Positions 11,301 to 20,408 of a stretch of 32,000 bases of DNA are shown piece by piece; the first letter of the stretch is position 1; every line of letters starts with the position of its first letter. The notes beneath the pieces were generated by a model, which saw nothing but the letters and a program-made list of their open reading frames with translations, was not told the origin of the DNA and did not search any database. Origin of the DNA: an uncultured Planctomycetaceae bacterium. GTDB taxonomy: Bacteria > Planctomycetota > Planctomycetia > Planctomycetales > Planctomycetaceae. The translations under genes were made by a program, and so were the position numbers. The DNA lies in contig CAZAIB010000056.1 in NCBI GenBank assembly GCA_964485095.1, forward strand, positions 1 to 32,000, given 5' to 3'.

Positions 11301-13526
11301 AGCGCGTTCAGAGAGATCGTCCAGGTTTTCGGCCAGTTCTTGTTGTTTCTCAAGCAGTTCGTTTTGTTTGTCAACAATGTCCTGCTGCTTCTGGTGTCTG
11401 GCTTGTTGGTCCTGTTCGGCCCTTGCCGCCTCGCGATCGTTTTCTAGTTGCTGGACATCGTCGGCGAGTTGTTCTGTTTGCTTCGCCAGTTGATCCAACT
11501 TCGCGATATCCTGTTCCAGTTCAGCCAGTTCGTTGAAGCGTTCTTCAAGGTTGCGAAGTTTCCATTCGGCGTTGTTGAGTGCCTGCTCAGCTTCATGCAG
11601 GTTCTTCAGCTTCGTTTTGGGACGGGTCTCGCGAGCACTCTTGCCAAGCTCTTCGCTGGCTTTGGGAATATCCTTGCGGGAAACTTCCTGGGCCCGTTTG
11701 ACCAGTTCCTCAAACAGCGGATGCTTCTGAAGTTCCTGACTGACCGTCTCCAGTTCTTCAGAAAGTTTGAACTCATTGGACGCGATGCCCGCCAGCTGTT
11801 TGTCGTCCTGGAACGGTTCTCCCTCGCGGGTGGCCTGATTCAGTTTGTCTTTCAGCCCTCTGGTTTCCTTGCGGTCAGCAGCAACCTGTTCGCGGATCTC
11901 TGTGATTTTGTCGCGAAGTTTCTCCTGCTGAGCGGTCAGTTGTTGCTGGTCCAGCGAATCCGCGGTGGCTGAGATGATGAGCCGTCGGTCGGGTGTCCAG
12001 GCAACGTTGGGTTCCGGAACCGGCCGTTCGTCAGCCGCGCGGACGCGATACGAGAACGCGGTTCCTTCCGGGATATCAAGGTTCGCCAGATCCATTTCGA
12101 AGATGTGATCGACTCGACGAGCGCCCTTGTCGAGTTCCGGAAACGGGATGGAACCGGCTTCCGTTTCTTCGATGAAGTAGTGCAGCGACAACTCACCCAT
12201 CCCAATGTCGTCGCTGGATGTCACGGCCACGGCAACAACGGCATCCGGGCGGGCACTTTGAGTCTGATCGCCGTCGGCGAAGCGAACGGTTGGTTCTCGG
12301 TCAGGCGTGACGAACAAGTCGCGTTTCTCTTCGTCCTTGTTCGTGAGGCCATTCGGGTCGCGCAGTTGAATCAGGAATCGGCCGGTGTCGGACGCGGTCA
12401 TCTCAAACGATGCGGCCAGACCGTCGGGGCTGAGCTCCATGGGCAGTGTCTGCGGCGGCGCGTCGTCGGGAGCCTCATCAAGGAACAACTGGAAGTTCGC
12501 TTCGCTAACCGGCTTATTAAACGTCAGTGAGAACCGCAGGTTGCTGCGTTCGAACGCGCGAACCTCACCGATAATGCCATCATGATGTTCTGCAGGCAGG
12601 CCGCTGTAGGCAGGCGGTTCAACATCCAACAGCAGAGTTTCAACCGCCGGTGCGACGACGGCCTGGATGTGGTAGTCCTTCGATCGTGTCGAATCAGCCG
12701 AAATGTAATAGTCGAAGTCAGCGACAACATGTCGGATGTCAGCCACGTAGGCGTGGTCGCCGGCGTCCCACCGCATGCGTTTGGAACCGGAGTCACCGTC
12801 AGTGAACGACCAATTTACGAGTACGGACTCGGGACGTTCTTCTTCTTTCTCACGCCATCTGGGAATCGCAACGATATGAGCGTCTGAACCGTGAGCGATC
12901 ACGCGGTCACCATTGAGCACGTCAAAATACAAATTTGTCGGACGATCAAGGTTCTTCCACGGCTGAAAGAATCGAGCGGCCATCAGCTTTGACGACGACG
13001 GCCAGATGCCAAACGGAAGTGCCAGGATGGCAATCGCCAGAAGACCCAGACCTAAAGCGCGGAGGGTTGTTTGAAGAGGAACGGCCCTGGACGCAACCGC
13101 GTCTGCAGCGGCCTCACCGCTGCGCGCGATGAGCTGCATGCGCATCCAACGCGAACCGCGATGTTGTTCAGGGACGGACTCATCACTCAGTTCAACGGTG
13201 CTGCTGACGGACTCTTTGAGTTCAGGGTTACCCGATTCCAACAGCGTCGCGAGTTCGTTTGCATCGAACCGCTGAAACAGCGGCACCAGGATGAAACGAA
13301 CAACGCACATCACGGCGACCCCGCAGAACAAGCCCAGCAGTCCGAACCGCACGAAGCGAGAGAGATCGACAAGCCAATCCGTGAGAACACACAACGCAAT
13401 CACAGCGGCGCAGATGGCAACAGCGATGCCCAGCCCGCGGACGCCAGCCTGTGTTCGGATCCGAGTGTCCAGCGAACGCAGGTTTCGATGGATACTCTTG
13501 GGTAACGAGAACTGGTCCGTCGCCAT
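8343..13526 (-). CDS. Giant membrane-anchored coiled-coil/low-complexity protein, DUF4175-like architecture
   Basis: The track ORF starts at 13568 on GTG. ATG at 13526 is preceded by GGAGAAG. Three N-terminal TM segments are followed by a beta-rich region with VEPPAYSGLP and SSDDIGMGELSL motifs. I recall these from DUF4175/TIGR02302-type proteins (unverified). Then about 1100 aa of Q/A/K/E-rich coiled coil containing tandem repeats, a G/K/E/Q/P spacer, and the C-terminal motif RDWGKLPGHLQTEILQG...DYARLIRGYFREIAK. Confidence 0.85.
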   Translation of the reverse strand: MATDQFSLPKSIHRNLRSLDTRIRTQAGVRGLGIAVAICAAVIALCVLTDWLVDLSRFVRFGLLGLFCGVAVMCVVRFILVPLFQRFDANELATLLESGNPELKESVSSTVELSDESVPEQHRGSRWMRMQLIARSGEAAADAVASRAVPLQTTLRALGLGLLAIAILALPFGIWPSSSKLMAARFFQPWKNLDRPTNLYFDVLNGDRVIAHGSDAHIVAIPRWREKEEERPESVLVNWSFTDGDSGSKRMRWDAGDHAYVADIRHVVADFDYYISADSTRSKDYHIQAVVAPAVETLLLDVEPPAYSGLPAEHHDGIIGEVRAFERSNLRFSLTFNKPVSEANFQLFLDEAPDDAPPQTLPMELSPDGLAASFEMTASDTGRFLIQLRDPNGLTNKDEEKRDLFVTPDREPTVRFADGDQTQSARPDAVVAVAVTSSDDIGMGELSLHYFIEETEAGSIPFPELDKGARRVDHIFEMDLANLDIPEGTAFSYRVRAADERPVPEPNVAWTPDRRLIISATADSLDQQQLTAQQEKLRDKITEIREQVAADRKETRGLKDKLNQATREGEPFQDDKQLAGIASNEFKLSEELETVSQELQKHPLFEELVKRAQEVSRKDIPKASEELGKSARETRPKTKLKNLHEAEQALNNAEWKLRNLEERFNELAELEQDIAKLDQLAKQTEQLADDVQQLENDREAARAEQDQQARHQKQQDIVDKQNELLEKQQELAENLDDLSERAPELVDAARKAQMQRLQKVAEQARELANQENRLADSFQDEANENRSASQSTMQKARDVQREAERLEREMKQKGLEDTVDSKPLKEAVQKLQQGDIEQPEQAMREAAEQLQQKSQSIAGDDSAQDAANGNSQQEKDAQAALSEQEREQLVSKSKQVSQKAQEVADALRKIREEREQQDREADPKTAAQKRRASELAQKQQELANAAEKLAAKTEAQRGTNDPATKQAQQAAQQAQQAANQAQSGAQKQAAQSAQQASNNQQSSSQELSKQGDQRSQELSESAKQLSKEQEQLAKQLQKAAEQQEQGSESQKLAKRQQELANAAEKLAAKTEAQRGKNDPATKQAQQAAQQAQQAANQAQSGSQKQAAQSAQQASNNQQSSSKELSKQGDQRSQELSESAKQLSKEQEQLAKQLQKAAEQQGQGQQQESQQLAKRQQELANAAEQLAAKTEAQRGKNDPATKQAQQAAQQAQQAANQAQSGSQKQAAQSAQQASNNQQSSSKELSKQGDQRSQELSESAKQLSKEQEQLAKQLQQAAKQQEQGQQQGSKSQQLAKRQQKLAEEADKLARIAEADRGEKDPAARQARQAAEQAKQAAEQAQAGQHKQAAKSAQQASKNQQSSGQQLGKQGDARSQKLSEAAKELAADQEKLAQDIKAAAKDPAAARQARQEGQQEVAKKMEQLAKELAEASEDLKSNPVDRPAQGDKAQEAQQSAQQAQQKAQQAGQQSKQSNSKQASQSAREAAKKMQDAANKAQQASKGKTKESPVPEEVGEQFAKAVKSVKEAGEELAQKPGSQETGDQEGQKPGEGQKPGEKKGEGEGEGEGQGKGKGQGGKEQGKGKQPGQTPDPNAQQGNPQPNGQQNGKGQGKSMGSQQLRDAAKQLSQAAKDALPKPGEGKTGDQGVSRTGENTEAGGNPPDRDGRLEELLGNRESRDWGKLPGHLQTEILQGAGKNPNGDYARLIRGYFREIAKATDSDSKPATKPKADK
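9340..10725 (-). repeat. In-frame tandem repeats of 351-357 bp (three near-identical units plus one diverged unit) inside the giant CDS
   Basis: Plus-strand shadow ORFs recur at 9827, 10184 and 10535 (offsets 357 and 351). An identical stretch of about 168 bp occurs at 9726-9893 and 10083-10250. Protein unit: LAKRQQELANAAEKLAAKTEAQRGKNDPATKQAQQAAQQAQQAANQAQSGSQKQAAQSAQQASNNQQSSSKELSKQGDQRSQELSESAKQLSKEQEQLAKQLQKAAEQQ. Confidence 0.95.
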
Positions 13527-13685
13527 GTTCGTCTTCTCCGCAGGATGCTCGGACGCCGAGAAATGCACTCCCTATATTACCAGCATTTCGGTCGTTCGAC
13601 AGGTGCTGTTCCGCTCAAAACATCCATTCCCGCGCAGGAAATACCCAGGCGGTCGCCGCCAAACGCAACAGCCCACCCAGGCCGT

Positions 13686-14291
13686 TTAAGGCAGTCGTTG
13701 CAATTTCGGAATTAATTTCGAAAAGGCACGGGCGCGGTGACTGAGTTTACGTTTAACAACGTTCCCAAGTTCACCGAACGTCCTGTGATACTCACGCAGC
13801 AGGAAGTAGGGGTCGTATCCGAACCCGCCTTCGCCGCGTGGTTCTACGGCAATTCGACCCCGGCAGGTTCCTTCCACGGCCAGGACAATGTTCCCGTCCG
13901 GGTCAGAAATCGCGACGCTGCAAACGTAACCGGCGCCGCGTTTTTCGAGAGGAACCTCGGCCAGTTCCTGAATCAGTTTCTCATTGTTCGACTGATCAGT
14001 CGCGTTCTCGCCGCTGTATCGAGCGGAGTAGATTCCCGGTGCGCCTTTCAATGCGTCGACACACAAACCGCTGTCTTCACCCATGCCGAACTCGCCATAG
14101 TGCCTGGCAGTTTCGATGGCTTTGATGGCCGCGTTCCCCGCGAACGTGTCGGCGTCTTCGACGATGGTCGGTTGCGTATCGAATTCGGCCAGCGTTTTGA
14201 TTTGCCAGCCATGCGGAGCCAGCAAGTCAGCCACTTCGCCGGCTTTCTTCGCGTTACCGGTGCCAAGAATGATTGTGCGCACTTCAGACAT
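13686..14291 (-). CDS. rdgB: dITP/XTP pyrophosphatase (HAM1/RdgB family)
   Basis: Motifs ILGTGNAKKAGE, EDSGLCVDALKGAPGIYSARY, GGFGYDPYF and SHRARA. The track start 14399 would overlap the upstream gene. ATG at 14291 gives the canonical N-terminus MSEVRTIILGTGN. Confidence 0.93.
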   Translation of the reverse strand: MSEVRTIILGTGNAKKAGEVADLLAPHGWQIKTLAEFDTQPTIVEDADTFAGNAAIKAIETARHYGEFGMGEDSGLCVDALKGAPGIYSARYSGENATDQSNNEKLIQELAEVPLEKRGAGYVCSVAISDPDGNIVLAVEGTCRGRIAVEPRGEGGFGYDPYFLLREYHRTFGELGNVVKRKLSHRARAFSKLIPKLQRLP

Positions 14292-14294
14292 AAT

Positions 14295-14326
14295 GAAACC
14301 TCGCCGCGATGGTACGGCGAGGTTTC
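14295..14326 (-). terminator. Strong hairpin between the 414-aa gene and rdgB (terminator/attenuator candidate)
   Basis: Perfect 12-bp stem GAAACCTCGCCG / CGGCGAGGTTTC with an 8-nt loop. On the minus strand it ends ...GGUUUC followed by AUUAUG, that is 3 nt before the rdgB start codon. Confidence 0.5.
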
Positions 14327-14355
14327 GAAGTGTCAACCAGTTGGCGTCGTAACAG

Positions 14356-15489
14356 CTATTGCAATGTTGGACGCTCAATGAGTTCCGGCTGTGGATCAAA
14401 GATCCAGCTGAAGTCGGGAAGTCCGTTTTTCGGGTAACGCGGCACAGAGAAGATTTCCGCAGTCAGCATATCCGCGCCCGTTTGTGGGTGCGGTCGAGTC
14501 TTCCCACCAAATCTTTTTGCCAGCACCGGAATCCGTGGATCCTTCGGGCTGTCGAACGAACCCAGGGTCACAATTGACTGATGCCGGTCGTGATAGATGT
14601 AGGCTTCAAAGTCCTGGTCGTAGCCAAGCGATTTGGCGTTGCGAAGAGCCTGGGTCATACGCCACGCGTCCATGGCCGCATTGTCCAGGGTTGTACCAAA
14701 CTTGGTGTCCAACTGACTGGCTGACTTTTCCAGGTGGGACTTATTGACGTGCATGTTACTTTTGCCGCGGAACGTGCGGATGACCAGCGAGTATTTTTTC
14801 GGACACGCGACCAACGAATGTTCCATGTCCTTGTTAAGGTTCACCAGCAACGGATCGCGCGTGGCGCTTTTAAGTTGTTTGGCGTTGAGAAGCGGATTAG
14901 GCATCAGGAACGCGCGGCTCATGGGACCTGGGCGACCGGGCGTCGCACGGTAGACGGCACCGGATTGCGGGTCGGAAAGCAACGCTTCCAGTCGCTTGTT
15001 GAGTCCCGCCCGCGCCTTGCGAAATCTGGTCTTCGCCAGTTTCTCTTCCGGTTCAGTTCCTTTGACGAACGCTAACGTTTTCTGTGCGGTTTGGTCCTGC
15101 GCTGAAGAGTAGTTGCCAGCCACAACAACCACACGGTCTTGTTGAGCGACATACGAACGTTCGACTTTTTCACCGGTTCGACGATTGGCAATCTTCACCT
15201 GATCGATGACTTGCTGCTGCGAAAACGTGTAAGCCGGAATGCCAACCTGACGCAGTGCGAGGACCATTTGGTCAGCAGCTTGCTGAGCGGTAAGGCCGGT
15301 GGTTCGACGTTCTTCCGGAACGTCTCGCATGCTGGCAACCATGATCATCCAGGGACCATGCCGTTTGGAGAGCCGATATTTCTTGCTTGGGTCCGCGTCG
15401 ATTTTTCGACCCGGTGCCGCTGCAAATGCGGGCTTCGGGACAGTCGCCATCAAAGCTATGGCAACAAGAGTCAAAACTGTCTTGCGCAT
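14356..15489 (-). CDS. Secreted hypothetical protein, possibly two SPOR-like modules
   Basis: ATG at 15489 gives signal peptide MRKTVLTLVAIALMATVPKPAFA|AAP, with GAGG about 12 nt upstream. Two segments share a beta-alpha-beta-beta-like pattern (WMIMVASM...AADQMVLALRQVGIPAY...VVVVAGNY and YSLVIRTF...AMDAWRMTQALRNAKSLGYD...IVTLGSF). The SPOR call is a weak by-eye guess. Confidence 0.72.
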   Translation of the reverse strand: MRKTVLTLVAIALMATVPKPAFAAAPGRKIDADPSKKYRLSKRHGPWMIMVASMRDVPEERRTTGLTAQQAADQMVLALRQVGIPAYTFSQQQVIDQVKIANRRTGEKVERSYVAQQDRVVVVAGNYSSAQDQTAQKTLAFVKGTEPEEKLAKTRFRKARAGLNKRLEALLSDPQSGAVYRATPGRPGPMSRAFLMPNPLLNAKQLKSATRDPLLVNLNKDMEHSLVACPKKYSLVIRTFRGKSNMHVNKSHLEKSASQLDTKFGTTLDNAAMDAWRMTQALRNAKSLGYDQDFEAYIYHDRHQSIVTLGSFDSPKDPRIPVLAKRFGGKTRPHPQTGADMLTAEIFSVPRYPKNGLPDFSWIFDPQPELIERPTLQ

Positions 15490-15715
15490 GGGAGGAACCT
15501 CGAAGTGAAACGGACGTTTCAGTGCAGGTTGGTGTGGAGAGGTGAGGTGAGTAACGCATGCGGCGAACGCCGCGAAAGGTGAGGACCGGGAAAGTACCAC
15601 TCAGTCGAAGAATGCGTCCAGACGAACAACACACGGAAGATCGGCAGAATGTGCCGCAAGCGTCTGGCGGCAGTGTTTTTAACGTCGTTGCGGAACCGCT
15701 GGCAGTTGCGGAAAC

Positions 15716-16492
15716 CTACTTCGCGGGGAACCACGGAAAGAACGCGTTTGTCTTTGCGATGTAGTCAGCGTATCCGGGTTTCTTCTTCAGGGTTTTCTCC
15801 AGCATCGCCACGCCTGAGACCTTGATAAGGAAGAACGACATCACCGCCGGCCCTATCGCAGACCACCACGCTACGCCGGTTCCGTACGAGACAAGAAACA
15901 CACCCCACCAAATCATGAAGTCGCCGAAGTAGTTCGGGTGCCGGGTGTATCGCCAGAATCCGGAATCCAGAACCTTGCCGCGATTCGACTCATTCGCTTT
16001 GAAGCAAGCGAGTTGCCAGTCGCCTCCGGCCTCAAAAGCGAACCCGACCAACCACACAGCACATCCGATCCACGCTGTCACTCCCAAAGCCGTCGGTGCT
16101 TCGACCGTCATACCTGCCTGCAATGGCAACGACACGATTAACATGATCAGCCCCTGCAAACCAAAAACAGTAAACAGGCTGACAATCGGGAACCGTCCGC
16201 CATGCTTTTCACGCATCGCGACGTAGCGATAGTCTTCGCCCTTGCCAATATTTCGCCTGGCCAGGTACGCAGACAGCCGCGTTCCCCAGATCGTCGTCAG
16301 AAGTACGATGAGCCAACAACGGGGCGTTTTGTCAGAAGCCAGGAAGCTGACCCACGCGATGAGCACGAATCCCAGGCCCCAGCCAATGTCAACAATGCTG
16401 GCGTCTTTTATGAGAACGCTGACTAGCCAAACCGTCAGCATCATGCCGGCCACTGCGGCTGCGTTTCGGACAAATACTTCACTCATGGTCAT
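15716..16492 (-). CDS. DUF1295 / steroid-5-alpha-reductase-like polytopic membrane protein
   Basis: Hallmark C-terminal motif GFWRYTRHPNYFGDFMIWWG and multiple TM helices. The track start 16546 is GTG. ATG at 16492 (MTMSEVF...) is preferred. Confidence 0.85.
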   Translation of the reverse strand: MTMSEVFVRNAAAVAGMMLTVWLVSVLIKDASIVDIGWGLGFVLIAWVSFLASDKTPRCWLIVLLTTIWGTRLSAYLARRNIGKGEDYRYVAMREKHGGRFPIVSLFTVFGLQGLIMLIVSLPLQAGMTVEAPTALGVTAWIGCAVWLVGFAFEAGGDWQLACFKANESNRGKVLDSGFWRYTRHPNYFGDFMIWWGVFLVSYGTGVAWWSAIGPAVMSFFLIKVSGVAMLEKTLKKKPGYADYIAKTNAFFPWFPAK

Positions 16493-16741
16493 CGCAAGAA
16501 AGCTCCCTGCGGGAATTCTAGACGCTCGGTCAGAATTCCCACACACGTTGATCGAAACGCTGCCGGAACTCTCCGGTCGTTGAAGAGGAAGTTGCGATTG
16601 AAGGGAAGACAGATGCCCTTCCGCTACTATTTCTCACAACTCCGGGGCCATCGCGCGTTGCTCAAAGGCTGCTGCTAGAAGTGGTGGGGATGAGTCGGTA
16701 GCATCGGAGGTTCTCTCAAAATCTGCATCGAGCGCCTGCCA

Positions 16742-18793
<2,052 letters not shown>

Positions 18794-18977
18794 GATGGAC
18801 CGGATGAGCCGATCAGCCTGTTTGTGCTAATTGTCATGAAAAGTGGGTGCTTTTAACTTGGACAAGGTGGAAGATGAGAACTAGATTGGCTCCTCGCGGG
18901 CCAGTACTGAACTACATTTCTTGAGGCGTTTGGCCCATTCCGGGCTCCGAATGTAGTCCCTCGCTCCGGCATCCATC

Positions 18978-19829
18978 ATGGAAACTCCAGTCATTACACC
19001 ACCGCCAGAATCTCCCGCCGCGGGGGATTTTAGCGATCTCTTTGAGCAGTTCTCTCCATCAGAGGAACTCAGCGACACAGGCTGGCTCACGGAACTGAAC
19101 CTGTCGCGACCGCGACGGAACCTCCAGTGCCTGAGTCGCGGCGCCCAAATTCGTAAACGAATTGTGGACGTCGTTGGAGCTCTGTTCCTGTTGACTCTGG
19201 CATCACCGGTCATCGCGTTGTTCGCGTTGTTGGTGAAACTGACTTCGCCAGGACCACTGATTTACAAACAGCTTCGCGTCGGCGTGAACCTGCGTGAGAA
19301 AGCCAAGACGGATCGTCGGCAAAGCGATAGTGGCGTTCCCGAAGGCATCTCCGAACGACGACTTAACGAAGACCGACGAGTCAAGCAGAACTTCGGTCGC
19401 CCGTTTGTTCTGTACAAGTTCCGTTCAATGCGTGTCGATGCCGAAACCAACGGTGCTCAACTTGCCAGCAAGAACGACCCACGCGTGACCCGCATCGGAC
19501 GCTTCATGCGAATGACACGCATCGATGAATTGCCACAGTTGATCAATGTTCTTCGCGGTGACATGTCGTTGGTTGGACCACGTCCAGAACGACCGTTCTT
19601 CATCGAACAACTGTCAGACCAAATCCCCAACTACCTGAACCGACTTGGCCTGAAGCCTGGTGTGACAGGTGTTGCTCAGGTTCTTAACGGTTACGACAAC
19701 GACCTTGAAAGCTTCCGACGTAAGGTCGCTTACGACCTTCTGTACTTGCAGAACTGCTGCTTGTGGAATGACTTCAAGATCCTGCTACGAACAGTGTGGG
19801 TCGTCATCTCTGGCCACGGTGCCTGCTAA
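18978..19829 (+). CDS. Polyprenyl-phosphate sugar phosphotransferase (bacterial sugar transferase family, WbaP/EpsL-like small type)
   Basis: Motifs [49 protein letters not shown] and [41 protein letters not shown] charged insertion of about 37 aa sits between RVG and [12 protein letters not shown]. Confidence 0.9.
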   Translation: METPVITPPPESPAAGDFSDLFEQFSPSEELSDTGWLTELNLSRPRRNLQCLSRGAQIRKRIVDVVGALFLLTLASPVIALFALLVKLTSPGPLIYKQLRVGVNLREKAKTDRRQSDSGVPEGISERRLNEDRRVKQNFGRPFVLYKFRSMRVDAETNGAQLASKNDPRVTRIGRFMRMTRIDELPQLINVLRGDMSLVGPRPERPFFIEQLSDQIPNYLNRLGLKPGVTGVAQVLNGYDNDLESFRRKVAYDLLYLQNCCLWNDFKILLRTVWVVISGHGAC

Positions 19830-19857
19830 CGAACGCTTAGCTCAACCGCAGAAAACG

Positions 19858-19894
19858 AAAAGGGGACACCATCAGGTGTCCCTTTTTTATTTCA
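19858..19894 (+). terminator. Rho-independent terminator after the sugar transferase gene
   Basis: AAAAGGGGACACC-ATCA-GGTGTCCCTTTTTTATTT: a GC-rich stem, a 4-nt loop and a T-tract, 29 nt after the TAA stop. Confidence 0.9.
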
Positions 19895-19977
19895 CTGGCA
19901 CCGACCGCCCCAACGCAGGTTGGCCATCCGGGCGGGCGAGTTTTGCTTACGTGTGCGACACGTTTTGACTTTGCCCA

Positions 19978-20013
19978 TTGACACTTTATTACTGTACTAC
20001 CATACTAGTACAG
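19978..20013 (+). promoter_or_regulatory. Sigma70-like promoter overlapped by a palindromic GntR/YtrA-type operator
   Basis: TTGACA (19978..19983), a 17-bp spacer, then CATACT (20001..20006). Perfect inverted repeat CTGTACTA-N6-TAGTACAG at 19992..20013 with GT..AC cores. The ATG is at 20016, so the transcript would be leaderless or nearly so. An alternative -35, TTGACT, is at 19965..19970. Confidence 0.65.
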
Positions 20014-20015
20014 CC

Positions 20016-20408
20016 ATGCTCATAAACGTACAAAGCAATAACGGGCTTGCGATCTACGATCAGATTGTCCGGCAAATCAAATTTGCGATCGCTTCTGAAG
20101 CGATTCGGTCGGGAGAGTTGATCCCATCGGTCCGTGAGCTCGCGAAAGAAGTGGCAGTGAACCCCAACACGGTGGCTCGCGCGTATCGTGAACTGCAGTC
20201 TGACGGCTTGCTTGAGTCGGTACGCGGGAAGGGAATGCAGGTCACTTCCAAAGCACTCACAAAGTGCCGCGCCGCACGGGTGAAGCTCATTCAGGAGCGA
20301 CTTCGTGATGTGCTTGCTGAAGCCAGTCGCAGCGGACTTACCACGAAGGAGCTTCGCGATTTGACACGCGATGAACTCGACAAACTCAATGGGAAGGCAA
20401 CATCATGA
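20016..20408 (+). CDS. GntR-family transcriptional regulator, YtrA subfamily (short, 130 aa)
   Basis: wHTH block IYDQIVRQIKFAIASEAIRSGELIPSVRELAKEVAVNPNTVARAYRELQSDGLLESVRGKGMQV, with a short two-helix C-terminus. There is a 4-nt ATGA overlap with the downstream ABC ATPase. The track start 19920 runs through the promoter/operator, so ATG at 20016 is preferred. Confidence 0.9.
   Translation: MLINVQSNNGLAIYDQIVRQIKFAIASEAIRSGELIPSVRELAKEVAVNPNTVARAYRELQSDGLLESVRGKGMQVTSKALTKCRAARVKLIQERLRDVLAEASRSGLTTKELRDLTRDELDKLNGKATS

Noticed and set aside
8123-11972. Many plus-strand ORFs (for example 8123..8965 at 280 aa, 9120..9743 at 207 aa, 9827..10156, 10184..10507, 10535..10840, 10974..11447, 11448..11972)
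   Set aside because: They are antisense shadows of the low-complexity, stop-poor giant minus-strand gene. Their translations are Leu/Ser/Cys/Phe-rich nonsense and repeat with the same 351-357-bp period.
13527-13568. N-terminal extensions implied by the ORF track (13568, and likewise 4690, 6050, 14399, 15600, 16546, 19920, 26174, 29315, 30213)
   Set aside because: Most extended starts are GTG or TTG. They overlap the preceding gene, a terminator hairpin or a promoter/operator. Internal ATG or GTG starts give canonical N-termini (signal peptides, family-typical first residues) and better SD-like context.
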